DNA of 64,000 nt from a virus, in IMG/VR virus record IMGVR_UViG_3300028831_000229, positions 1-64,000 of that record; one strand, given 5' to 3'. The notes below the pieces were generated by a model, which saw nothing but the letters and a program-made list of their open reading frames with translations, ran no database searches and was not told the DNA's origin. Positions 46,355-56,031 of this stretch are shown here, piece by piece. The stretch's first letter is position 1. Each line of letters starts with the position of its first letter. The position numbers and the translations under genes were made by a program.

Positions 46355-47449
46355 ATGCGCATCGCGCTGGTCAGCGACATTCACATCCACGACTGGTCAG
46401 AGTTTCGCGTCATCGAGGATGGCGTGCCCTCTCGCCTCTCTCACGGCGTCGGCGTGTTGGCCGACGTGCGAGCCTACTGCAACGAGCACGACATCGACGT
46501 CATCGCCATCATCGGCGACGTCTTCCACAAGCGGAACGTGATCTACACGCGCCCGTACCGGATGGTGGTGGAGGAGCTGCAAGCGATGAAGCGCGACGGG
46601 AAGATCGTGCTCGCGGTGACAGGCAACCACGACCAGGCCGACAAGGAAGGCACGGTCTCGACCATCGACACGTTCGCTGCTGCTGAGCTGGTGACGCACG
46701 CAGTGCCACCAGAGCATGGTTGGGCGACGTGGGAGTTCGACGACCTGACCATCCATGGCTTCAACTACTGCGACAACCGAGAGCTGCTCTTGCGTCGTGT
46801 GGACGAGGCGCTCAGCAACGCAGCGCCCGCGGCGGTTCAGATCGGTCTCTTCCATCACGGCTTCAAAGGCGCACGCGTTGGCAGCGCGCTGGAGTACATC
46901 GTGAAGGAAGACGTCGATCCAGGTCCGCTGGGCAACGCGTTCGACTTCATCTTCAGCGGTCACTACCATGGCAGGCAGTCGATCGGTGAGCTGGAGAACG
47001 CGCTGTATCTCGGCTCACCGATGCAGCACACACGTGGTGAAGGCCGAGAGCCGAAGGGTTTCACGGTCTACGACTCGAAGACCAACACCGCGACGCTCGT
47101 GCCGATCGACCGCCCACGTTTCGTCCGTGTGACGCAGGAGCTGCTCGCAGCCAAGCCTGACAAGGCGAAGCGCCGCATCCGCGGCAACTTCGTCGACTTC
47201 CACTACGAGGTGTGGGACCCACATCTGCACGCTGACCTCATCAAGCTCGGCGCCGCTGGCGTCAAGCTCGTGCCGTTGCGCCGCTCCAAGATCACACCTG
47301 ACGAGCGTCGGCTGGAGGTAGACCCGACGCTCAGCGTGAAGACCGTCCTCAAGCGGTACATCAAGTACCGCAAGGACGACGTGAAGCACCTGGACCAGAC
47401 CGAGTTGCTCCGCATCGGGCTGGACCTCTACAACAGCGGAGAGGAGTGA
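46355..47449 (+). CDS. SbcD/Mre11-like metallophosphoesterase nuclease
   Basis: SDIH, GDVFH, GNHD, SGHYH, YLGSP. Confidence 0.9.
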   Translation: MRIALVSDIHIHDWSEFRVIEDGVPSRLSHGVGVLADVRAYCNEHDIDVIAIIGDVFHKRNVIYTRPYRMVVEELQAMKRDGKIVLAVTGNHDQADKEGTVSTIDTFAAAELVTHAVPPEHGWATWEFDDLTIHGFNYCDNRELLLRRVDEALSNAAPAAVQIGLFHHGFKGARVGSALEYIVKEDVDPGPLGNAFDFIFSGHYHGRQSIGELENALYLGSPMQHTRGEGREPKGFTVYDSKTNTATLVPIDRPRFVRVTQELLAAKPDKAKRRIRGNFVDFHYEVWDPHLHADLIKLGAAGVKLVPLRRSKITPDERRLEVDPTLSVKTVLKRYIKYRKDDVKHLDQTELLRIGLDLYNSGEE

Positions 47450-47461
47450 GGAACAGCAACG

Positions 47462-47683
47462 ATGAGCATCAAGCTCGGAGCCGTGACCGGAGTCGTGCAC
47501 CACGCCCGTGGTGTGCTCGCGGCTCTGCGCATCGGCAAGACAGTGACGGTGAGCGAAGAGACTCTGGAGGTGGTCAGGCGCGATCCGTTGCGCCTGCGCG
47601 ACCTTCATCACCACGCACAAGCGCTCGAGGACTACGTTCGTGAGCTGGAAGCCCAAGTCCTAGCCACGAGCGACAAGAAGTAG
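47462..47683 (+). CDS. Hypothetical protein
   Basis: ORF track. Confidence 0.45.
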   Translation: MSIKLGAVTGVVHHARGVLAALRIGKTVTVSEETLEVVRRDPLRLRDLHHHAQALEDYVRELEAQVLATSDKK

Positions 47684-47711
47684 ACAACCAACGAGAAGAG
47701 GAGAAGAGAAG

Positions 47712-47918
47712 ATGCGCCATGCTCAACTGAAGGATCTCTTGCCGCCGGAGGCGCTGCGCGAGGTCGAAGCGCTCATGAAGGCGGGCAAGTGCGACGCCGA
47801 CAACCTCAAGCCGATCACGCGGCGCTACACGGCCGATCTGCTGGCGAAAGGTGTGGACGCCGACTACCTGGCGTACTCCATCGAGAACGCGATGAACCAC
47901 GTGCGCGGGAGGCGGTGA
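47712..47918 (+). CDS. Hypothetical protein
   Basis: Long purine-rich leader. Confidence 0.55.
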   Translation: MRHAQLKDLLPPEALREVEALMKAGKCDADNLKPITRRYTADLLAKGVDADYLAYSIENAMNHVRGRR

Positions 47919-48112
47919 TGGATCCGACCGCTCTGCTCAAGCAAGCGTTGATGATCGCGGACCGCATCGTCCGACACGCGGACGACCCACAGCCGTACAG
48001 CACGCTCCGCGATGACGCCACGGCGCTTGCCGAACGCGTGAACCAGTTGAACGACTGGCTCTCGCGTGGCAACGCGTTGCCCGCACAGTGGCGCCATCGA
48101 GGTGAATCGTGA
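47918..48112 (+). CDS. Hypothetical protein
   Basis: TGATG coupling; LNDWLSRGNALPAQW. Confidence 0.55.
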   Translation: MDPTALLKQALMIADRIVRHADDPQPYSTLRDDATALAERVNQLNDWLSRGNALPAQWRHRGES

Positions 48113-48267
48113 GCAAGACACTGCCACCACATCCGTTGCCGACGTGCGCGTGCCCACCACCGCCGGTGTACACCGGATTCTGGACGGACCTGTCTTGGCG
48201 CAAGTGGATCGCGATGCACTGCAACTGCTACGGCCACCTGATGTGGCGTGCACTGGACAAGCCATGA
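48109..48267 (+). CDS. Hypothetical protein, 52 aa
   Basis: GTGA/ATGA coupling on both sides; translated by hand. Confidence 0.4.
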   Translation: MSKTLPPHPLPTCACPPPPVYTGFWTDLSWRKWIAMHCNCYGHLMWRALDKP

Positions 48268-48479
48268 AGAAATTCTACCTTTACCACGCGCCTCCCTTCG
48301 GGCGGCGGAAGTACATCGCCACGGTGAAGGCGGAGAACGACAAGGAGCTGCGCAAGCTGGTGAAGCGCGAGCACCCGAAGTTGACCGAGTGGGAGGCGCT
48401 GCGGACGAAGTACGTGAAGGACAAGATGACCGGCGAGATCTCGCTGCCACCGCGCGGCACTGAAGACAAGGAGGACTGA
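48264..48479 (+). CDS. Hypothetical protein
   Basis: ATGA coupling. Confidence 0.5.
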   Translation: MKKFYLYHAPPFGRRKYIATVKAENDKELRKLVKREHPKLTEWEALRTKYVKDKMTGEISLPPRGTEDKED

Positions 48480-48480
48480 C

Positions 48481-48798
48481 GTGAGCTACGTGTTCAAGGT
48501 TGTGCACAGCAAGGACGGCGTGGAGGACGTGTACCTGGTGACCGGGTCGTCACGGCGGGACGCTGAGACGAAGGTGCTCGACATGCTGTACGAGCGCCGT
48601 CATCGTGCACGGCCGGACCTCACGTCAGAGGAACGCGAACGCGACGTGTTCGGGTTGCAGTCGGCGTCCGTGTTCCAGGACTACACCAACAGCGCGCTGT
48701 GCAGGATCAACAACTGCTCGGTGAACGCGACGGTCTTCAACCCGGACCCGCCGTACAAGCTCTACTCGTTCAACCGCAAGACCGGAGGAGTTGAATGA
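48481..48798 (+). CDS. Hypothetical protein
   Basis: GGAGG RBS. Confidence 0.5.
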   Translation: MSYVFKVVHSKDGVEDVYLVTGSSRRDAETKVLDMLYERRHRARPDLTSEERERDVFGLQSASVFQDYTNSALCRINNCSVNATVFNPDPPYKLYSFNRKTGGVE

Positions 48799-48962
48799 CG
48801 GACGAAGAACATCGACTGGAGGTCAAGCGCGGCTTTGTCGCCGGCTACCTCCACGGACGTAGCTCTCTCGGCGACTACGAGGCTGCCGGGAAAGAAGCTG
48901 ACGCGGCGTTCGAGCGCTGGTGGCACTGGCGGCACATCTCGTCCAAGGACACGCAGCCGTGA
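48795..48962 (+). CDS. Hypothetical protein, 55 aa
   Basis: ATGA/GTGA coupling; translated by hand. Confidence 0.45.
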   Translation: MTDEEHRLEVKRGFVAGYLHGRSSLGDYEAAGKEADAAFERWWHWRHISSKDTQP

Positions 48963-50797
48963 GGGCGCTCAGTCTCGACATCCGCAACTTCCTGTCGTTC
49001 GGTCGCGCGAAGATCCAGCTCGCGCGACGCGGTCTCGTGCTGATCGAAGGAGAGAACAAGGACGACCCGACAGCGCGAAGCAACGGCGCTGCGAAGAGCG
49101 CCATCGTGGAGGCGTTCGTATGGTGCGTCCAAGGCACCACGCTGCGCGGCTACGTCGGCGACGACGTCATCAACCGCAAGGTCGGCAAGAACTGCCGGGT
49201 GACGACCGTGTGGAAGGACCGCGGCTCGAAGTGGAAGATCGTGCGGACTCGTCAAGACGACAAGCTCAAGACGAGCCTGAACCTTTACCACGATGGTCGT
49301 CGCGTCACAGGGTCCACGGTCGCTGACACGCAGGAGCTTATCGACCGTATGCTCGGCATGACGGCGAAGACGTTCCTCTCCTCCGTGGTGTTCGGGCAGA
49401 GCAACGCGTACCGCTTCAGCTCGCTGACCGACACCGAGCAGAAGGCCATCCTCGATGAGGCGCTCGGCATTGAGGCGTACGCGGAAGCTGGCGTGGCGGC
49501 ACGTGACAAGGTCAGCGTCCACAGCGTGAACGTCGACACCCTCAAGCAGACGTTCGACGACACGGCAGCAGAGATCGAGAAGGCCGAGCAGGAGCGTGAC
49601 CGTGCTGGTGATCGCGAGCGCACCTTCAAGGCTGACCAGGAAGCGAAGCTCAAGGAGGTGCAGGGTGAGCTTGACGAGGTCAACGAACGCCTGACTTCAC
49701 TCGTCAAGTCGGACGTCAAGACGCTGCGTGACCAGCTGAAGACGATGCGGGACGTGCTTCGCAACCGGGAGCGTGACGTCGAGAGCCTGAAAGAGAACGC
49801 CGCGAAGATGCAGGCTGAGCACGGAACGCTTCACCGCGAGGTCGGCCGGCTGGAGCGTGAGATCTCACGCCACGAGGAGCTGAAGGGCGACTGCCCGACG
49901 TGTGGTCAGGAGATCGATGCGGACGACCAGGCCGAGGTGCTCTACGACATGCGCAAGCAGCTAAAGAACGCCCAGGCTTCCGCACGCGAAGCGCAAGAGG
50001 CTGCTGACAACGCCGACCGCAAGGCGCGCGCAGAGGCTTCGCGACTCCACAAGGAGCGCGAGGGTGTGTCCGAGGTGGAAGACGCGATCGAGCGCGCCGA
50101 GAAGCTCAACACGAAGCGCGCCGGCCTGGTGGAACGCGCGAAGGCTCTCCAGCGCCGGCTGGACGAGATCAAGGAGGAGAAGAACCCGTACCGCCGGCTG
50201 GTGAAGGAGGCCGAGCAGAAGGTCACCAAGCTGATCGAAGAGCGCGAGCGTGTGCGCGCCGACCTCGCCAAGGAAGAGGCCGAGTTGGAGTTGTACGAGT
50301 TCTGGCAAGGCGCGTTCGGCGCCAAGGGACTGCGGTCGCTGCTCATCGACACCGCGCTCCCGATTCTGAACGAGCGTGTAGATCACTACGCTCGCGCCAT
50401 CACCGGCGGCAGCATCCACATCGAGTTCAAGACCGAGAGCCTGTTGAAGAGTGGCAAGACGGTCGACAAGTTCGAGGTGGCGGTGACCAACGAGCACGGC
50501 GCAGGCAACTACAAGGGCAACAGCGCTGGTGAGAAGGCGAAGGTCGACCTCTGCGTCGGCCTGGCGTTGCAAGCTCTGGTGGCATCGCGCGCGCAGTCCG
50601 GGATCAACGTGGCGTTCTTCGATGAGCCGTTCGAGTCGCTGGACGACGCCGCGATCGAGCGTGTCGCAACGCTGCTGACCGAAGAGCTGACCGACCGCGA
50701 GTCGGTCTTCGTCATCACCCACAACGAGGCGCTCAAGGCGTTCTTCCCGAACGTCCTGACCGTCGTCAAGGAAGGAGGCATGTCCCATGTCGAGTAG
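48959..50797 (+). CDS. SbcC/Rad50-like ATPase
   Basis: IRNFLSF, NGAAKS, coiled coil with CPTC hook, SAGEK, FFDEPFESLD, VITH. Confidence 0.92.
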   Translation: MRALSLDIRNFLSFGRAKIQLARRGLVLIEGENKDDPTARSNGAAKSAIVEAFVWCVQGTTLRGYVGDDVINRKVGKNCRVTTVWKDRGSKWKIVRTRQDDKLKTSLNLYHDGRRVTGSTVADTQELIDRMLGMTAKTFLSSVVFGQSNAYRFSSLTDTEQKAILDEALGIEAYAEAGVAARDKVSVHSVNVDTLKQTFDDTAAEIEKAEQERDRAGDRERTFKADQEAKLKEVQGELDEVNERLTSLVKSDVKTLRDQLKTMRDVLRNRERDVESLKENAAKMQAEHGTLHREVGRLEREISRHEELKGDCPTCGQEIDADDQAEVLYDMRKQLKNAQASAREAQEAADNADRKARAEASRLHKEREGVSEVEDAIERAEKLNTKRAGLVERAKALQRRLDEIKEEKNPYRRLVKEAEQKVTKLIEERERVRADLAKEEAELELYEFWQGAFGAKGLRSLLIDTALPILNERVDHYARAITGGSIHIEFKTESLLKSGKTVDKFEVAVTNEHGAGNYKGNSAGEKAKVDLCVGLALQALVASRAQSGINVAFFDEPFESLDDAAIERVATLLTEELTDRESVFVITHNEALKAFFPNVLTVVKEGGMSHVE

Positions 50798-51188
50798 TAG
50801 AAGAGGCAAGGGGTACGGCAGTGGCAGTCACACCGTGCCGGTGCCGAACCAGTCGATGGCGGAGATCCAGCGTGGCGGCAAGCCACCGTCAGTCCGTGAA
50901 GGCGCGCCGCAGAAACGGAAAGGCAAGCGTCCGTGGGCTTGGAAGGACGAACACACGCATGGTGAGGTTGGTGACTCTGAGCTTCACATCGGACCGTTGC
51001 GTCTGACGGTTCACCGCTACCACGGCTTGAATCCCAAGCAGTGGTTCGGCACGTGCTACGAACTGAGGATGGAGTGTCGACCGCTCGGCAATCCGGGCAT
51101 CCCGCTCAGCGAAGCGAAGACCATCTGGCTCGCGCTGGTCACCGAGCACGTGGACGAGCTGCACGAGCTGCTTCACGGACACGACTAA
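50787..51188 (+). CDS. Hypothetical protein
   Basis: ORF track. Confidence 0.45.
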   Translation: MSSSRRGKGYGSGSHTVPVPNQSMAEIQRGGKPPSVREGAPQKRKGKRPWAWKDEHTHGEVGDSELHIGPLRLTVHRYHGLNPKQWFGTCYELRMECRPLGNPGIPLSEAKTIWLALVTEHVDELHELLHGHD

Positions 51189-51190
51189 CG

Positions 51191-51226
51191 GTTGACCGCC
51201 TACGCGATGCGACGTAGGATGTCAAC
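51191..51226 (+). promoter_or_regulatory. Sigma70-like promoter forming an inverted repeat
   Basis: TTGACC, 17 nt, TAGGAT; GTTGAC..CCTACG..CGTAGG..GTCAAC. Confidence 0.55.
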
Positions 51227-51246
51227 ATCGATCACCAGGATCGACC

Positions 51247-52485
51247 ATGAGCAGAGGAGAAGATGATGAGGCACTCGACTCGACGCCGTTCCACGGCATC
51301 AGGATGGACTGGAGTGGGTTCCCGACGTTGTCGCGTGATCTGCTCAAGCCGTCCTCCAAGAACTACCGGACGGCGTGCGGCGACAACTGGCCGGCGTACG
51401 TCGTCTACCACCTCAACAAGTTGGCAGTCGACGGGCTGTTCGACAAAGACGTCATGCAGCTGAAGAACAAGCAGCAGAAGCGCGAGGCTCGAGAGATCGA
51501 CCGTGAGCGCATGCGTGCCGAGCATGTGCTCAAGGCGATGAAGGCCAAGGGCATCGCGCAAGAGATCAAGGATGCGTTCATCAAGGCGCGCTTCGGCGGC
51601 GACCTCGAGATCGCGAAGAGCGCGCGCACCGAGACCAAGCGGCAGGTCAAGTTCCAGCGTGGCGCGAAGGCCAAGGCGACGCATCCCGGAGTTCACAGGC
51701 ACGCCGCGCAAGAGCGACAGCGCATGGTGGCCTACGCACCGCGCTCGATCGCGGAGCAAGCGCTGAAGGAGGGCAACCCGTTCATCCGCCGCACGGCGAA
51801 GTACCGTGCGAACTGCAAGCACAAGTGGAAGAAGATCACCAGCGAGTGGAGCCAGTGTAAGCTCTGCGCGTGGTGCAAGCCACGCATCCCGGAAGACGAG
51901 ATGCTGCGCTTGCCGCCGATCCTTGAAGGTCGTGAGCTGCCACCGCTCAGCGAAGACCAGCAGTGGATCAACATGCGCAGCGTGAACACGCTGGCAGGGG
52001 TGGTGCTCAGCAAGATCTGCCGCGCCAAGCAGGTGCAGTACAGCTTCCAGCACGACCCGTACATCCTTCGCTACGGCATCGAGGTGAAGTTCAAGAACGG
52101 CTGGAAGGCAGCCGGCATCTTCTTCGAGACGGCGTGGTACCGCATCCTTCCCGTGCTCCAGGCGAACGGCGACAAGCCGAAGCGTCTGTGGCGCGCGATC
52201 CAGAAAGAACTCGGTCTCGACTGGTGGCCGCCGTGGCAGGTGCATCCTCGTCTGATTCCGCTGGGTGAACGCATGGCGCTATACCGCTGTGCCGACTGCT
52301 CGTTCACCCGGCGTCCTGGTTGGTGCAGTCGGCACATGTCGAACAACGAACGCTACAAAGAGGAGAAGAGACGTGAAGAAGAGAGGGACGAAGCCAGTGA
52401 AAAAGCCAAGCGCAAAGCGCTCCGCCGCCAAGCCAAAGCGCGCCGCGCGCGCGAAACCGAAGGCAAAAGCAAAGGCCGCACGTAA
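51247..52485 (+). CDS. Basic hypothetical protein with Cys motifs
   Basis: ORF track; follows the promoter-like element. Confidence 0.55.
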   Translation: MSRGEDDEALDSTPFHGIRMDWSGFPTLSRDLLKPSSKNYRTACGDNWPAYVVYHLNKLAVDGLFDKDVMQLKNKQQKREAREIDRERMRAEHVLKAMKAKGIAQEIKDAFIKARFGGDLEIAKSARTETKRQVKFQRGAKAKATHPGVHRHAAQERQRMVAYAPRSIAEQALKEGNPFIRRTAKYRANCKHKWKKITSEWSQCKLCAWCKPRIPEDEMLRLPPILEGRELPPLSEDQQWINMRSVNTLAGVVLSKICRAKQVQYSFQHDPYILRYGIEVKFKNGWKAAGIFFETAWYRILPVLQANGDKPKRLWRAIQKELGLDWWPPWQVHPRLIPLGERMALYRCADCSFTRRPGWCSRHMSNNERYKEEKRREEERDEASEKAKRKALRRQAKARRARETEGKSKGRT

Positions 52486-53101
52486 GCCGGTCGCCAAGCG
52501 TGTCGTGAAGAAGGTGACGCCGAAGAAGGGCGGCGGCTTCAAGACGCACGCCATGCGCGTGACCACCAGCTCGAAGAAGCACAAGTGGCGTACCGATCCG
52601 CGCCTCATCAAGCTCATCGAGCGGTTCGCGAAGGGTAAGATCGGTCTCGACCCGTGCGCGGCGAAGGCTGAGAAACACCAGTTCGCGAAGGTCAACTACT
52701 CGCTGCACAACGGCAAGGACGGTCTCAAGGAAAAGTGGACCGGGTTTGGTGTGGTGTACGCGAACCCGGAGTACGCGCGTAGCACGCTGCTCAAGTTCAT
52801 CAACAAAGGCGTCAACGAGTTCGCTGAGAGTCGCGACATCGAGGCGTCTGGTCTCAAGGTCAACAAGACCGATCACCTCTTCCTGCTCGTGCCGGCGCGT
52901 CCTGACACGCGGTGGTTCCACGACGTGCTGCTCAAGCACATGACCGGGATGTGCTTCTGGAAGGGACGGCTGAAGTTCAGCGACAGCGATCCGGCGCCGT
53001 TCCCGTCGCTCATCATCTACTTCGGCCACAAGCCGAACCGCTTCCGCAAGCTGTTCGTGAAGCACGGCTGGGTCATCATCAACGGAAGGAAGCAGTCGTG
53101 A
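52373..53101 (+). CDS. Phage Dam-family N6-adenine methyltransferase with histone-like N-terminus
   Basis: WRTDP, LDPCA, DGLKEKW, YANPEY, LLVPARPDTRWFH, KGRLKF, APFPS; start 52373 or 52397. Confidence 0.8.
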   Translation: MKKRGTKPVKKPSAKRSAAKPKRAARAKPKAKAKAARKPVAKRVVKKVTPKKGGGFKTHAMRVTTSSKKHKWRTDPRLIKLIERFAKGKIGLDPCAAKAEKHQFAKVNYSLHNGKDGLKEKWTGFGVVYANPEYARSTLLKFINKGVNEFAESRDIEASGLKVNKTDHLFLLVPARPDTRWFHDVLLKHMTGMCFWKGRLKFSDSDPAPFPSLIIYFGHKPNRFRKLFVKHGWVIINGRKQS

Positions 53102-53358
53102 TCAAGTACAAGGCAACGCTCGAGGTCGAGATCCACGTGCCGGACGCGTATCCCGAGGAGCAGATCCCGACGGCGGAGCAGTTGCGCGAGGCGTTGCTGT
53201 GCACCGCTCCGTCGAATCGTGGCAACGGCTACGCAGTGTGCGCCAAGGCTGACACGTCGAAGGTGACGGCCGGGCTCCACGTCACCAAGGTCACCTTCGA
53301 CTCGAAGCCGTGCGTCGCGTGCGGACACCTCGAACCCATCGTGGAGAAGATCAAGTGA
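53098..53358 (+). CDS. Hypothetical protein
   Basis: GTGA coupling. Confidence 0.5.
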   Translation: MIKYKATLEVEIHVPDAYPEEQIPTAEQLREALLCTAPSNRGNGYAVCAKADTSKVTAGLHVTKVTFDSKPCVACGHLEPIVEKIK

Positions 53359-53738
53359 CGAGAACGTACGCCATCCTCGAAGTCCACAAGACCACGTTCG
53401 ATGACATCGCCAAAAAGCTTCGCGCCGCGGACTACGATCACGCGTTCCACGACGACGTGATCGACATGCACGGCATCGCGCTCAAGGCGTTGCCCAAGCG
53501 CACCGAGCAGTCCGACGGCCACGGCGGCGGCATGTCCGGTCACGATGACGACATCGAGCCGCTGAGCGACCAGGAACTGACCGACCTCGATATCGCGGCC
53601 AGCGTGGGAGACTTCGGCACGTGCGGCGACGAGATCCATCGGGCAACCGATGAGATCCGGTGGCTTCGTGCCAAGCTCCGTACGCGCGAGGTCGAGCTAG
53701 CGCTCGCAACTGAGAAGCGAGACGGGCACGAATCGTAG
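53355..53738 (+). CDS. Hypothetical protein
   Basis: GTGA coupling. Confidence 0.5.
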   Translation: MTRTYAILEVHKTTFDDIAKKLRAADYDHAFHDDVIDMHGIALKALPKRTEQSDGHGGGMSGHDDDIEPLSDQELTDLDIAASVGDFGTCGDEIHRATDEIRWLRAKLRTREVELALATEKRDGHES

Positions 53739-53774
53739 TATCATCCTTGGGTACCCGTTCCCAAGGAGACCACG

Positions 53775-54983
53775 ATGATGCGCATGTTCCTTCTCGTCTG
53801 CTTGACCGCCTGCTCTGCAAGCGTGTCGCTCGAACCGACGGCTTCCGTCTTGGAGGCTGTGTCTGACGACCCGTTGTGCGCCGTGACGACCGATGACACG
53901 GCGCTGGTGACGTCCGCGATGCAGAGCGCGACGTGCTTGCCCGACGGTACGTACCACATCGCGATGGCACCGCTCGGTCCGACTGGCCGTCGTCGCGATG
54001 CGATGCTGGCCGGCGGTACGCTGTGCGGCGTGCGGTCGAGCACCACGATCATGTTCCACGGTGACGCGAGCGGCATGTTCTGGGCAGGTGTGCTCGACGC
54101 CAGCGTGAACAACGTCAAGCTCGACACGCACTGCGTGTTCAACACACCGGAGCAGGCGCACCTCATCCGGCTGACCACCAACGGTCACGTCATCCGAGAC
54201 GTGGAGCTGGTGCACCCGAAGCGTAGTCCGTCGGCTGGTGACGACATCAACATCGTCGGCTCGCTCACCACACCCATCCAGGGCTTGGTGATCGACAACG
54301 TCAAGTTCACGTCGTGCGCCAGGTTCGGTGTGCAGATCTCGCGCGGCGTGACCAACGGCGTGATCAGCAACAGCGACTTCGGAGACGGCTGCGCCTTCGG
54401 CAGCGAAGGCGCGGGAGGGATCGATGGCTTGCGCATCGAGCATAGCAGGTTCGTGTCCACGACGCCGGGCCTGGCGCTCAACATCCAGCGCCAGACCAAC
54501 ACGGTCGTGTCGCACGTCGAGCTGCACGGCAGGACCATCCTCTTGTACTTCTGCGATGGATGCAGGGTCGAGCACAGCACGGTGTCCGACCTCATCCAAG
54601 TCACGCCTGGTGACTACGTCGGCGCGGTGACCATCGCGAACAGCGCCCACAACGTGACGCTGACCGACCTCACGCTGACGCAGTCTTCGCCTCTCGCTGC
54701 ATCGCTGGTGCGCATCACGCCGTTGCGCACCAACATGCAGGCCGACTTGGCGAACATCCTCATCACCGACAGCACGCTGACCCAGAGCACGCAAGCACCG
54801 CTGGTGGTGGCGCGAGGCGTGACCGGCGTGACGATCCAGAACAGCAACCTCACCTACAACGGCGTGACGACCTACGTCCCGGTCGTGCTCGATGCCGCGG
54901 CTTCCGTGGCAACGACACCGGCCGTGAGCGTTCCGACAACCGGCATCGTGTTGAGTAACAACACGACCGTCGGCATCCCGTAG
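53775..54983 (+). CDS. Lipoprotein with right-handed beta-helix (pectin lyase-like fold)
   Basis: Lipobox LVCLTAC; DDTALV..LPDGTY start; repeats LVIDNVKF, GVISNSDF, LRIEHSRF, ILITDSTL, VTIQNSNL. Confidence 0.7.
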   Translation: MMRMFLLVCLTACSASVSLEPTASVLEAVSDDPLCAVTTDDTALVTSAMQSATCLPDGTYHIAMAPLGPTGRRRDAMLAGGTLCGVRSSTTIMFHGDASGMFWAGVLDASVNNVKLDTHCVFNTPEQAHLIRLTTNGHVIRDVELVHPKRSPSAGDDINIVGSLTTPIQGLVIDNVKFTSCARFGVQISRGVTNGVISNSDFGDGCAFGSEGAGGIDGLRIEHSRFVSTTPGLALNIQRQTNTVVSHVELHGRTILLYFCDGCRVEHSTVSDLIQVTPGDYVGAVTIANSAHNVTLTDLTLTQSSPLAASLVRITPLRTNMQADLANILITDSTLTQSTQAPLVVARGVTGVTIQNSNLTYNGVTTYVPVVLDAAASVATTPAVSVPTTGIVLSNNTTVGIP

Positions 54984-55014
54984 CTACCAACCACGAGAAG
55001 AGGAGAAGACGACC

Positions 55015-55437
55015 ATGAGTGAAGACGAGGTGACGACGCCGGAGAGGCTCGTCATGCTGACCAAGCGCAGCTTCGCTGTGATGCTGCTCAAGCGGCTCAG
55101 CGGCGGGCTCGCTGGCGTGCTCGTTGACGAAGACGAGCACCGCTTCGTCGTGCACTTCCCGGTGCTCGGCGGCAACGTGAAGATGACGATCGACCTGGAC
55201 GAGACGCGCCCCGGCGGCATCCCGATCCAGGAGGTCGACGGCTTCACCAACCTCAAGCAGCAGCGCGAGCTGCTGATGGTGCTCGCAGGTCACACTGCCT
55301 GGGAGCAACAGGAAGGCACGATGCGCAATCGCATCCTCGGCATCGCCAAGGAGATGGAGGAGGCGGGCTACGAGAGTCTGCCTCGGTCTCTCCGTGACCA
55401 CGTCGACTGGCTGGACCAGGAAGGCAGGACCGAATGA
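55015..55437 (+). CDS. Hypothetical protein
   Basis: Purine-rich leader. Confidence 0.55.
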   Translation: MSEDEVTTPERLVMLTKRSFAVMLLKRLSGGLAGVLVDEDEHRFVVHFPVLGGNVKMTIDLDETRPGGIPIQEVDGFTNLKQQRELLMVLAGHTAWEQQEGTMRNRILGIAKEMEEAGYESLPRSLRDHVDWLDQEGRTE

Positions 55438-55700
55438 AGTGCGGCAACTGCAACACTGAAGACGGCCACGCCGAGTGGTGCATCGTGCCCAAGCAGGCGG
55501 CGCGCGACCGCCAGTTCCGTGAGCACTACGCGCGCGAGATCTACTCGGCCATGCGCGACGAGATCCGCAACGCGATCGAGAAGGCACGCGCCGACATGGC
55601 ACATTACCAGCGTACCGGCGAGGGTCACCTGTCCCTCATCCGCGACTACACCATCTCGATGGACAAGCTACTCGACCACATCAACAGGATGAGCCCATGA
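55434..55700 (+). CDS. Hypothetical protein (CxxC..H..C)
   Basis: ATGA coupling. Confidence 0.5.
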   Translation: MKCGNCNTEDGHAEWCIVPKQAARDRQFREHYAREIYSAMRDEIRNAIEKARADMAHYQRTGEGHLSLIRDYTISMDKLLDHINRMSP

Positions 55701-56020
55701 GCGACCGAGCCTTGTGCGAAGTGAAGTGCGACCGTTGCGGCAACACGTCCATTGTGGCGGCTGACTTGGTGGACGATCGCATCGTGCCTGCCGTCTACCC
55801 GGAGAACTGGAGCGGCGTCCACCAGCACAAGTGGAAAGTGCACGGACCGAACAAGTTCGACCTCTGCCGCGCGTGTGCGCTCGACTTCGAGAACTGGATG
55901 AAACTGCGCGACCCCATCGGACGTCCACTTCCGTGCAGGCATGCTGGTTGTACGCATACCGCCAACGTCGACACGAAGACCCCGTACTGCATGAACCACA
56001 TCAACGACGACAACGAGTAG
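55697..56020 (+). CDS. Zn-finger hypothetical protein
   Basis: CDRCG..DLCRAC. Confidence 0.55.
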   Translation: MSDRALCEVKCDRCGNTSIVAADLVDDRIVPAVYPENWSGVHQHKWKVHGPNKFDLCRACALDFENWMKLRDPIGRPLPCRHAGCTHTANVDTKTPYCMNHINDDNE

Positions 56021-56031
56021 AGGAGAAGACC

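Noticed and set aside
49075-49100. SbcC Walker A NGAAKS as a sign of inactivation
   Set aside because: The Lys-Ser, signature, Walker B, D-loop and His motifs are intact; a single Gly-to-Ala change is insufficient evidence
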